Part shown: one piece after another, positions 53,901-64,000 of the stretch
How the letters are laid out: every line of letters starts with the position of its first letter
Numbering within the stretch: the stretch's first letter is position 1
Assembly (NCBI GenBank): GCA_012295275.1
Contig: CM022671.1
Span: forward strand, 9,114,001-9,178,000
DNA length: 64,000 nt
Reading direction: 5' to 3'
Origin: Chrysomallon squamiferum
Lineage: Eukaryota > Animalia > Mollusca
Program-made: the position numbers and the translations under genes
Notes under the pieces: generated by a model
Told to the model about the DNA's origin: nothing
Seen by the model: the letters and a program-made list of their open reading frames with translations, nothing else
Database searches by the model: none

Positions 53901-56900
53901 TAGATAGCTGTGTTGATGAATATTTATTAAAGTAGTGGGAAACATTTAAAAAAATATATAAAAATTTAATATTGGTAAATAAAAGTAGAATGATGAAAAT
54001 TGTTTTGTCAGTGTGTGGATATATATATATATATGAACAATATTAATAATAACAGACACAAACAAAATAATTTTTAATTATCAGATTACTCTGTTAAACA
54101 AAAAAGCATTTTATTTAAAAACAATTTAATGAAAACTTCAATAATATTATTTAGTTTATTAATAATTCTTTATTAGAATCAGCAAGAGAATGAATAACAT
54201 CAGATTCAGAAAAAAACAAATCATTTTCAGCAATGTCTTTCTGAAAAGATTTGTATTAAGTAAAACATTCAAAAAAACAAAACAAATAACTATAGCCCAT
54301 TATGAGCAGATAAATAAAAAAAACAATTCAAATAAACCTGTTACAAACTTCCATTATTATTTTTTTTAACACCACTAATAAATCCATGCATCTTAACCCA
54401 AAATTAAATAAAATGTTATCAACAAGATTTTCTCAAAAGATTTGTAATAAATAATTAGTAATATAAAACACTGCTTTTAAAATTTTCAAATGTGAAAAGT
54501 AGCAGTTCTGTTCTGTTTTTCATCATTGTTTCAAAAATTTCTCAATATGAAAAGCAATAATTAAAATAAAAGAATCTCAATAAATAAATAAATTAATAAA
54601 TAAATAAATAAATAAAACAGAAAACAAACAAAACAAAACAAAAACAAGTTTTTCAACACCAGCTTCACACTAAATGTAATAACCCCACCCCTTCTTTCAG
54701 CTAATTGGTTCCGGCCCACCCCTCTCCTCTTTCTTCCAACCTACACACCAACTAGTTTGTCCCATTCATTGCTAAAGGATATACAGCCTGCCTGCCACTT
54801 CTGGCAATAAACCTGAATCCCTGCCAACAGACACTCTGTGAGTTCTCCACTGATCTAATCACAAATTAGACACCAGAGAGCCTGCACAAGGAGATCTTGA
54901 TGTCCAGGCTCTTTCTCTGATTCCCCACTTGAAGCTACCAGTTGTGTAACGTTATGTAACAGCTGTGGACTGAATAGCCGACTGTCCCCAGGGCAGAGTT
55001 TAGTCCTTGCAGGGAGGCTAAATGTAGGTGTTGTGGTGGATTATAATGTGAGACTTGTATATATAATTATAGATGGCTTTTCTAATTCTGAAAATATCCT
55101 CTAGTTTTCTGTTTCTTTAAAAATAGTTGAAAAAGTGTAGATTATAATTTACACTAAACATTAGTTTTTAATGATTTAGTTTTGAAATTCTCTAGTATTT
55201 GAATAAAAGAAAACTGAATATTAAGAAACTGTGATAAAGATTAATTATTTCTTTTTCTTTTTTTTGTTATTAGCAAAATGAAAAAAAAAAAAAAAACATA
55301 ACAAGAAAAATTAAAATTAAAATTAAACAGCAAATTAAAAATACAAATTAATTTTAGCTGTATGAATGTATGTTAGTGGCTGTATCAACAAACATTCTAA
55401 ATATATAATGTATACCATACATGTAGTGAGGTATTTTTGTTTTCAATCGTCAGCCTTTGCTATAACAAAGCAACTTGTTTCATGATGTCATTTTGTAAAC
55501 ACACACACACATATATAAATCCCTTGATAGACAGGTAACAGATAACCTTTAAATTAATTTTCTCTATCTCTGTTAACTAACATTCTGTCACATGATTTAT
55601 GCAGAAAGAAGAATAGAATGAATATTTTTATTTTACATCAGCTAGAATGGTGTCAGTCATTTCTAACAACTATTAAACCAGTTAACTGAAACCTTTGAAC
55701 CTTTTAGACAATTACAATAAAAAAAAAATTAAGAAAAATGTACTGAGTGACCAGCAGTGCCAGATGACCAGGAGGAGGGACAGAAGACTGACCCAGTGAA
55801 CATCATTGCAAGGATGTATCATGTGACAACACATTAATTCCTCTGTTTGACTGCCCAGCCCTTCTGATGTTAAAACCAGTGTGTAAAGACTAAACTATCA
55901 AATTCTTACAACTACCATCCTAGATCTCAGTGTTTGCTGCTCTTTTCACTGCAGACATGGGTGGGCTTGGTGTTACTGTTTAAACAGCATATCAGTTGCA
56001 CACTGCTCATTGAACTAAAGTAATATAACAGTTATTGCCTGCTGCAAAAACATCCATGTTGAAATTAACCTGACAGTGGGTGTTTCTTATGTAAAAATGT
56101 GTGCCTGTGTGATAGACAGACACAGAGAAAAAGAAAGAGAAAGGCAAGAAGGGAGAAAGAAGATAAAAGGGTGAGAAAGAAAGAGAAAAGCAGTGTTTGA
56201 GTATGTGTGAGTGAGAGTAAGGAGGGAAGGGTAAAGGAAAAAGATGAAACAAAAGGAAAGAAGGATAAACAATGGAAGATTACAAGAAAGATATATAGGA
56301 AAAAAGACTGAAATAGAGATTCTAAAGTCTTTACCAATTCTCACATGAAACATTAAATTAATAATAAAAATATAATAATAATAATTATAATAAATACAAC
56401 ATTTCTATTTGTCAATTAAATATGTAAATTTAATGTTTCACACAAATATCATTTAAGAAAATAATGACAGTCTAAAGTCATATTTTCCACACAAAGTAAA
56501 AATGAAGTGTAAATAAATAATCTAATCCACGGCAAATAATAGCTAGTTAAAATAATAGTTTGAAGATAAAAATGTTGGAATGAAATATATATTTTTTAAA
56601 TTTCGAAAAGAGTAAAAAATGTTTTAAAAACTAAACCCGTACTGAAAGATTAACATTCCTGAATGGGAGTGTCACGATGTTTCATAGCTGACATTGATAG
56701 TGGGTAAAGATGATGTTGACAATGGTGTGCGTTAGTCAAAGAGAATAATTAGGAAACAAGATACTAAACTGTGTTACACAGACCATTACAGTGTGAAGTA
56801 CTTCAATCAACATCTGTCAAACAAAACACCACACACCTTGTCCACTGACCACCACATTACCATAAAACTTGACCTCTTTCTGTTTTATCCATTTCTTTCT

Positions 56901-59356
56901 TCTTCTGTTTCTCTTTCTTTTCTATTTTTGCATTATTTAGTACTTTCTCTCATTTCTTCATTGCTCTATTTTCTCCTTTCTTTCTCTCTCCTTTATTTGC
57001 AGTTTCTTTCTCTCTCATTTACACACACATACATTCTCTCTCATTTTATTTAACTTGCAAACCTCTGCTTTTTCTTCTCTCTCATACATACACCTCTTCT
57101 CTTTCTCTCTCATGCAAGCATACATGCACACACGCAAGCATGCACACACACACACACAGACAGAGTCCTTCATCCATCCATTGACTCTTTCTCTTTCCCA
57201 AATTCTCCTTTTCTCTTCACACACATTTACACACAGAGAGCTAAAGCGTCTGAAGTAGTGGTGACAGAAATTGCAGATTAATTGATCAGTGGGCACGTGT
57301 GCTGTGAAAAGCCTGGAGAACTCAACAACAATGGAGAGCTGGAGTATAACCATTTGTTTACAGATGGTAACATCCACACAACAGAATGAACTCCCTCTGT
57401 ACAGAGCCACTCCACAGATGTTTGAATATTTTTAGCACTGGTATAGGTCATCTGTCTTTTCAAACAGGATTATTACAGGACCATTATAAAATATTTCACC
57501 TGCAAGTTGTGGCCAGCTCGTAGCTGGTTATTATGATATTCACAGACAAAAGACACTGTTTGTGCGACAAACTTTGGGCCATGTCAAGTTATGCTAAAAT
57601 TATCTTGTTCAAAAGTCAAATGATTTAAAGCTGCAGTTTGAAGAGAGTATCATTTAATCATTAAGAAAATTAAATTTAGCTTAAATCTGATTGGTAATTG
57701 GTTTTTGAAAGTCTTTATTGCATTCAGTGTTATGAAATATAGCCATCTCTTAAAAGCATATTTAATGCATATTATATTAAAATAGCAGCAATGATCATGG
57801 TGATGCATTAAGAAAATATGCCAAAAGTTACATGTAATTAAACAAGAACCTCAACTTAAATAAAACAGTTTCCTCAAAACTACAATAAAATTTCTGTTTA
57901 TTCTATGTCTTACTTTGATGTCATGCACAAATGACATATTTTCATACTGTCAGTTTAATGTTTTATATCTGATTATAAATATTTGTAACTAATAAAGCAT
58001 GATAATCAAATAACATGTTTATAATATTCGATTTATTGTTCTATTATTTCAATTTTATTATTATCTTTTTTCTTCTTTTTTTTTATGTATCTTTTCCTAC
58101 AGAAAATTGTATAATGAAAAAGAAGGAAAAAACAAAAAACAAAACAAAAAAAAATACAAATGCGATATACTGCGAATGATTTACTCAGTCTATCAGGTTC
58201 GTGTGCTAGAAATAAATAAAAAACTAATTTGGATTATACCAAAATGTGTACCAAACTGATACTATATCAGCATTAAGTATTGTTTCAGACAGAAAGTTTG
58301 CGAAAATAACATCCCACTGAAATGAATAATTTAAACTGTTAAGAATGTTAATAGTTGTATACCTTAATGATCTTCTGCAACACGTGGTTGTTGATGACGG
58401 CAGGGTGTTCAGCGTGAGCCACGTACAGCTCCACAACCATCTCTATGGCTCGCTCAGAAAATGGCACAAAATTCATAGTCACCCAGTCCACCTGTCAGAA
58501 AATAAAATGAAAACATATTTAAATACATTTACTATAAGGAATCATTTATACTTATTATACACTGTATGTCAGGATACATATAACACTCTAAATGTCAGGA
58601 TACTTGTAACACTTTAAATGTCAGGATACTTGTAACACTCTAAATGTCAGGATACTTGTAAAACTTTAAATGTCAGGATACTTGTAACACTCTAAATGTC
58701 AGCAAGCTTGTACTGTGTATGACAGGGGTTCTTATAATACTTTGGCAGGATACTTATTACACTGTGTATGAAAGGTGGGAAACAAAAAATATTTGATTCA
58801 ATGAAGAACTCAAATACATTTTAATTTCAGTTATATGACAGATATAACGAGAGACAGGAATTTTCCTTTACCATATGACAGGCTAATCTTTTTTGATTAG
58901 CAACAAATATTTGTTTATATGCACCTTACCACATATGCATCGCACACAATAGACTTTGACAAACCTACCAGTGAAAAATTCACACATACCTGTGGTCCTC
59001 GGACAGATCCAAAATTTTTTGTTTCCAAATGTCCATATTTGGGTAATTTTATCCCAAATTCCACGTAAGTCAACATCAGTGTGAAAATGTCAGGTAACAT
59101 GGCCTGCATTGAATCTGAACCTGAGGTCACAGTCTGTGAAAAAAAATGATAGCATTGTAGAAAGATATATGTGTTTTATTTAAAAACATTTCTATATACT
59201 TGTATGTTAATTATAGCATTGTTAGGCAGTACTTTGAAAAATAACCCAGAGTTACCACACAGTGGCTGATTTCACTACATATTGTTTTAGACTCCTTCTT
59301 ATTTCTAGGAGACTAAAATAGTAAGTCAAACTTCTGATTATGTTATGTCTTTTTAA

Positions 59357-59405
<49 letters not shown>

Positions 59406-62126
59406 TTTTTTTTTTTATATCTGTAGATTCAGACAAAAAGTTAAACATTTCAGTTTGAATTTTCAGCAAAGTTCATGTTTAATTTCATGAAACTGTGTTT
59501 CATACTCAGTAATATTTATGTAACTGTTTGCATTTTACAAACAGATTTTATTTTACCTTAATAAGAACTTGGACGGCCTGTAAGGTTGCTTCTTGTAGCG
59601 GGGTGATGGTCACTTCAGGAAAGGTGGGGATTATAAAGGGTGATGCTTCACCCTGGACAGGAATTGACAGAGCACTCTTCAAAACAGTGGACAGTTTCTG
59701 CAGGTCTATCAACACGAACCGACACTTGATGTGTTCAAACAGAGCTGGAAACGTCTGCACCAGGGCAGTGAGAAAGTTCTGGGAGGGGACATACATGTTC
59801 TCTGATTTGTCTGCCGGGTCTGGAGGCTTTGTTGCCATGGTGCCTATGTTGAGCCACACTTTCCAGGCTGATGTCCACAAACAGAGGTCACCTTCTGATT
59901 CAGGACATGTTGAAGTTTCAGGTTTTTTATCTGATGTGGCTATGTCTCCTGTTCTGCTCATCACCTCTTCCAAGGGAGGTGCAATATTTGGTTTCTGGGT
60001 AGTGGAGTCTTGAGTCTTTTTGGCAACATCTTTTGGATCTCTGTTGTGAAGGATTTCCTGAAAACTTTTCAGTGCTGCCAGTGACACCTCAGCATTGAGA
60101 CACAGAGCAGCTGATTCTATGTGTTCCAGTAACAGTGACCAAGCTCTGGGAAAATCACCTAAAACATTAAATGAAATTTTTGTTTGCAAAATGAAACTAA
60201 ATCATATCTGTTTGCAGTAATTAAGAAATAAAACATAAACTTGAAACATGAATATGAGAAAAAAAAAAAAATAATATAAATATAAAAGCAGTTAAATTGA
60301 TATTTGAAAATAAAATTAACAATTTAAAAACCAAATAAAAAATAACTGTTATAACAACCAAATTGTTTAAAACATTTGAAAAATATAACAAGAATGAAAA
60401 ATAAATATCTCTGAAATTGAAAATCAATAAATTAAATTGCTTGCTGTAATTATCTAATTTGTTTATATTATAAAACCCCCAAAACCCAGAAAAAAAACAC
60501 CAAAAAATGAACAATAATAAACTAAAAAAAAAAGAAATAGAAAAACTTAGAATTAATCTTTGAAAATAAAGAAAGCCACTCATACCTAACTGTTGCAAGA
60601 TACTCTTCTTGGAGTTGAAAGTTCTTGCGACTCCAGCTAAAGACAAGACTCTGGTCTCAGCCCACTGTTTTTCTGCCGTGTCGCGTGAGTGATGAATCAG
60701 AATGTTGCCTGATGACTGGGTTTCCTTCTGAGTTGAGGCACTGCTGGAGAACTTCTTTACTCTCTCCAGAAGTGGAAACAGAACCTGAAATTTAAAAACA
60801 AAAATTAAAATATTAATTTTTTTTGTAATTACATTTTGGTATTATGGAATATTTTAAAATTTTTAACTTCGTGTTATAAAGAATAGAAATCAAAAAAAGA
60901 AATTCAAATTAAATCAAGATTTTTAAAACAAAAAATAAAAAAAACATACAGGATTAAAAATCATTTACTATAAACATGTTAAATAGCTTAAACTTCATTA
61001 ATATGGGAAAAAGAATGGGTAATTTCAATTGCAAAAAAGTATGTTTCTATGTATGTATGGATGTATTAAATTTAATCTGATGAATTCCACTCACTTGCCA
61101 CAGAACATTCTTCCATGTCTCTTGCTGCAGCAGTGAGCCGTGAGCTGAAATAGTGGAGAAGAGCGTCTGTCCAGCACTCTTCCTCACTGCTGGCCGGGGA
61201 TCAACACACAGGTCTCCCAGCTTGGTGAAAATACACATCCACAGCGCATCAAACGGTTGCATGTTCTGAACATCTTGTTCTTTCCCCTTGGGCTGCTGCT
61301 TGTCCAGTTCCTGTTTGATCCTCTGTCGATTCTGGTAGAAGAAGTCAGAAATATTCCACTGAAAAAAAAAAAGAATTTTAATAATTTTTTAAAAAAAGAA
61401 AGAAAAATAGAACAAAAATGAGATTTGAAACAGAAAGGATGTAAATTAGGTAAATGAACATTTTGAAATGTTTTCTTAATTGAGCTTTTATCAGTGATGA
61501 ATCATCATGGAGTCTGATGATCAAAAAACAGCTACCAAACCATTTATCTGACTTCCAGAAATCCAGAAAATCCAGAAAAATGGCTGTTTCTGAATCTGGC
61601 TACTTTTGAACTGTTAGGTTTCCATCATGCCAGTTTAAGTGCGAATTTTAACACGTACAGATGATCCTCTCACAATAAATTATTATTTGTTTCAGTTTAC
61701 TCTTGTTTTCATTTATTAGCATGTCTAAAAGGACATCAAAACCTGGTCATAATCAACAGGGGATCAAAATCATGACCAATGTAGTGGTCACTAAATATAC
61801 CCAATATACACTTACCAATAAACCAATGGCAGTTAGACTGACATTCAGTTCTTGATTCTGGAGTCCAAAAGAGGCAGCAACTTCTACACTTATCTTCAAA
61901 TAAGTGCTTGGAATTATGGGTAGAAAGTCGGTTACAACAAGCTGTAAACACTGGAATGCTGTCTGAACCAGTTTTTCCCTGAAACCAGATTTTAATTAAT
62001 TCAAGTAAGAAAATAAACAAAAAATCAAACAAACAAACAAACAAACAAACAAATATAAATAATTTTTTCTTACTAAAATTGAAAATAACAACACGTTAAT
62101 TTACGATAGATTACCATCCTTTAACA

Positions 62127-62168
<42 letters not shown>

Positions 62169-63808
62169 CAGGCAAGCTGAAAATACTTGTGGTGAATATG
62201 GAAAAAAAAAATACACTTGGTTCTTAGATTTATAATTAATGTTATTTATAATGTGAAACAAATATGTATTTTTTGTTTTATGTATGTAAAGGGATAAATT
62301 ATATATATACATATAAATAATGAATTTCATTTAGGTTTATCCAGTTTGTTACTATACAATGATAAAAACAAAATGAAAAGAAAAAACAGTATTGTTGTGA
62401 CTTTTATACCTGAACAGTGATAAAAATAAAAACAAAAAGCATCTTCATTATAAATTATATAACAGTTAACATAATTAAAAGAATGCTTGAAAAATGTTCT
62501 TGAAAAAAATAAAAAAATGTATTATTAAAAAACAATTAATAATTTTTTATTATTTTTTAGAATCAAACAAACAGAAAAAAAAGAAGAGGTCAAGAAACCC
62601 CCCCAGAAAGTAACAATAATATCATAAATTGTCTTCCTTATCAATGATAAAACGAGATAAAAAATAAAACATTATTATGTTACAAGGTTGAAAAGACTGT
62701 ATATGTAAGTAAATGAGTTTTGTGCTGGACACGTCATTACCCGTGGCTGTTGTCTACAGCTCCGATGACGTCAAGAACCTGGGGCCAGCCATCACACAGT
62801 GTGTCGCCGTTGTTATGTAGAATATTCAGCACACATTCCAACTGTTTCTGTCGAATGTCCAGCTGATGTATGCTTGATAATTCATGTAGTGGGGACAGAA
62901 TGGCAGCCTGGAGTTTCTGTGAAGTGAAATGAAATCAATGAAAGAAAAGAAAAGAACAGAAAAGAAAAGAAAAGAAAAAGAAATGAAATAAAAAAGTGTT
63001 ACTGAAATAATGTAATTTAAATTTAACAGAAAAAAAATGAATTACAATACAAAATACTCCACAAATAATAATAATAATAAAAATAATAAATTACTAAGAT
63101 AAAATTAAAAACAAAAAAAGAAATTTAACAAAATAAAAAACAGAAATAATAATAAAATAAATCCTCATTAATCCCTCCCATTGCTCATCTCTGTATTTAT
63201 ATTATTTTCTTTTACTTTTCACTTTTATCTTTCCTTGTATCACTCATAAACACATATACACAAACCTGTTACATATAATCAACATCAGCCAATGAACATA
63301 AGAAATTAAAATTTAAAGTTGAAAACAAGAGTTATCTCTCTTACACTAACATTTGGACTAAAAAATAAAAAAATAAATAAATCGTGCTTAAAAGAGTTTA
63401 TAATTTAAATTTTTATAGTGTCTCTGTTTTCACATTTGTTATTTTATTTTTTATTTTTTAAACACAAAAGGAATCATTTGTTATACAGAATGAAATGGCT
63501 TTATGAATTACTTCTTCTAAAATTACTTCCTTATTTTAATTTTTTTATTTTTATTTTACAATTTTTCCTTCCTTTTTAAAGCTTTTTTCTTCTTATTTTA
63601 CAATTTTTCCTTCCTTATTTTAATGCTTTTTTTCTTTTTTCACTATTTTAAAGAAACTAATAAAACAGATTACTGTGTGAGTGTAAAAACAACTCACCAG
63701 GTTTTTCTCAAGTGGTGGATCAAATTTATAAGCAAGAGCTGCTCTGACAAGGGAGGTAACTGCTTCTGCACCCCACGTTCTCATTCCAACATGAGGATGC
63801 TGACACAC
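40885..63808 (-). CDS. MON2: Protein MON2 homolog, 5'-partial, last 15 exons: complement join(63698-63808,62741-62916,61816-61978,61095-61358,60586-60784,59557-60158,58990-59133,58363-58491,46028-46145,45375-45441,44733-44793,43504-43630,42841-43048,41896-41978,40885-41048)
   Basis: Translation shows MON2 motifs [131 protein letters not shown]. All introns are GT-AG with consistent phases. Confidence 0.96.
41896..41978 (-). CDS. MON2: MON2 exon [27 protein letters not shown]
   Basis: ttccag|A...A|gtaagt. Confidence 0.93.
42841..43048 (-). CDS. MON2: MON2 exon [24 protein letters not shown]...SGKCPLPR
   Basis: atttcag|AT...AG|gtgagt; a weaker in-frame acceptor lies 24 nt upstream (43072). 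Confidence 0.92.
43340..43430. repeat. (AAT)n microsatellite; similar tracts at about 2435-2477, 12331-12384, 22490-22575, 26437-26497, 44929-44992, 59360-59405
   Basis: Direct reading. Confidence 0.95.
43504..43630 (-). CDS. MON2: MON2 exon [11 protein letters not shown]...[13 protein letters not shown]
   Basis: gttcag|GTG...G|gtaggt. Confidence 0.93.
44733..44793 (-). CDS. MON2: MON2 exon [20 protein letters not shown]
   Basis: ttctag|G...AAG|gtaaat. Confidence 0.92.
45375..45441 (-). CDS. MON2: MON2 exon [21 protein letters not shown]
   Basis: ttttag|AT...TC|gtatgt. Confidence 0.92.
46028..46145 (-). CDS. MON2: MON2 exon [18 protein letters not shown]...GLPIAEKH
   Basis: tttcag|GCT...G|gtgagt. 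Confidence 0.94.
46850..47310. repeat. Degenerate ~140-bp tandem duplication, about 3.3 copies
   Basis: Recurring ctttga...aaattct.atac...tagat.ac.t.tcactgta blocks near 46855, 47003, 47140 and 47279. Confidence 0.65.
48050..48665 (+). promoter_or_regulatory. GC/CpG-enriched island; candidate promoter and non-coding first exon of the nested bZIP gene
   Basis: Local CpG enrichment; GTTGCATAAC (48254), GTCACATGAC (48286), GTTTCGTAAC (48407); candidate donors AAG|gtaata (48523) and AAG|gtttgt (48665). Confidence 0.45.
50468..50615. repeat. Degenerate ~32-bp repeat, 5 units each carrying ATTGG/ACTGG
   Basis: Cores at 50476, 50508, 50540, 50570 and 50602. Confidence 0.7.
52709..53416 (+). CDS. 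PAR-family-related bZIP transcription factor (ces-2/giant/TEF-like), 235 aa, single coding exon, nested antisense in a MON2 intron
   Basis: C-terminal [59 protein letters not shown] is a PAR-type basic region plus leucine zipper. First in-frame ATG is at 52709 (the track's 52682 start is GTG). A strong acceptor tattttcag|G at 52619/52620 implies an upstream non-coding exon. Confidence 0.93.
   Translation: MHSSYDLSMHGRDNVGDRPFKSYPHHPQATMPSSYYGSGYPTQSYMNQSANCGMQLPHTTSQDYSQSMSACRGGLEMPLPGTSSSDGLHSGNGHNRPMHLMDMNVSMTKQDEDDHYSHHSSPGMASTSMNSSSSPLDDHDTSNSPGKDGDADGSFKMPPKKRPVNVGEEQKDEGYWEKRKKNNESAKRSREARRMKEEQIALRVVFLEQENLQLRTEVSLLKSEIEKLRCMLYNS
58363..58491 (-). CDS. MON2: MON2 exon [20 protein letters not shown]...VLQKIIK
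   Basis: tgacag|GTG...AAG|gtatac; followed by the 12.2-kb intron 46146-58362. Confidence 0.93.
58560..58702. repeat. 26-bp minisatellite (aacactYtaaatgtcaggatacttgt), about 5 copies
   Basis: Near-identical units read directly in a MON2 intron. Confidence 0.9.
58990..59133 (-). CDS. MON2: MON2 exon [17 protein letters not shown]...GSVRGPQ
   Basis: tcacag|ACT...CAG|gtatgt. Confidence 0.92.
59557..60158 (-). CDS. MON2: MON2 large exon [18 protein letters not shown]...QAVQVLIK
   Basis: ttttag|GT...AAG|gtaaaa; lies within the 213-aa ORF of the track. Confidence 0.95.
60586..60784 (-). CDS. MON2: MON2 exon VLFPLLERV...[30 protein letters not shown]...QQL
   Basis: tttcag|GTT...G|gtatga. Confidence 0.95.
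61095..61358 (-). CDS. MON2: MON2 exon [10 protein letters not shown]...[22 protein letters not shown]...VLWQ
   Basis: tttcag|TGG...CAA|gtgagt. Confidence 0.95.
61816..61978 (-). CDS. MON2: MON2 exon [20 protein letters not shown]...SLTAIGLL
   Basis: tttcag|G...TTG|gtaagt. Confidence 0.95.
62741..62916 (-). CDS. MON2: MON2 exon [10 protein letters not shown]...[29 protein letters not shown]...
   Basis: tcacag|AAA...GG|gtaatg. Confidence 0.94.
63698..63808 (-). CDS. MON2: MON2 exon [37 protein letters not shown]
   Basis: ttttag|GTG...CTG|gtgagt; gene continues beyond the window end. Confidence 0.93.
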
Positions 63809-64000
63809 CTAAAAATAAAAATAAAAATATTTAGTTTGCATTTCTACAATAAAGTATGTGATTTTCTAAATATATGCTTATGTAGAGTAATACAGCACAT
63901 ACATATGCAACATGGAAACAAAATATTTTCATCCTAGTTTGTATTCAAGCTAAATATGAGTTCATTTGCATATACATATGTATGTACACAAATACACACA

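Noticed and set aside
58560-58702. Regularly spaced direct repeats resembling a CRISPR array
   Set aside because: Head-to-tail minisatellite without unique spacers, in a eukaryotic intron.
59528-60013. 161-aa plus-strand ORF
   Set aside because: Antisense shadow of the large MON2 exon.

Overview
AT-rich, intron-rich animal genomic DNA. The synapsin E-domain end [18 protein letters not shown] suggests a lophotrochozoan, probably a mollusc (inference). Three protein-coding genes were assembled by hand from GT-AG sites and reading-frame continuity. (1) Synapsin, + strand, 1215-33301, first exon outside the window. (2) MON2, - strand, last 15 exons at 63808-40885, convergent with synapsin. (3) A ces-2/PAR-type bZIP transcription factor, + strand, CDS 52709-53416, nested antisense in a 12.2-kb MON2 intron. 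The most notable feature is a pair of tandem 143-nt synapsin C-domain exons (23324-23466 and 25366-25508) that must be mutually exclusive. An intronic element just after the first copy (23485-23495) is complementary to both of their 5' splice sites, suggesting a competing-pairing splice switch. Other points: an in-frame alternative donor, a tandemly repeated in-frame acceptor, a skippable D-domain exon, candidate antisense exons but no recognisable TIMP in the intron that hosts TIMP in other animals, and PAR/D-box, CARE and CCAAT motif clusters plus uORFs around the nested bZIP gene. Most entries in the ORF track are microsatellite or low-complexity artefacts. Synapsin exon numbers follow vertebrate SYN1 equivalence from memory.
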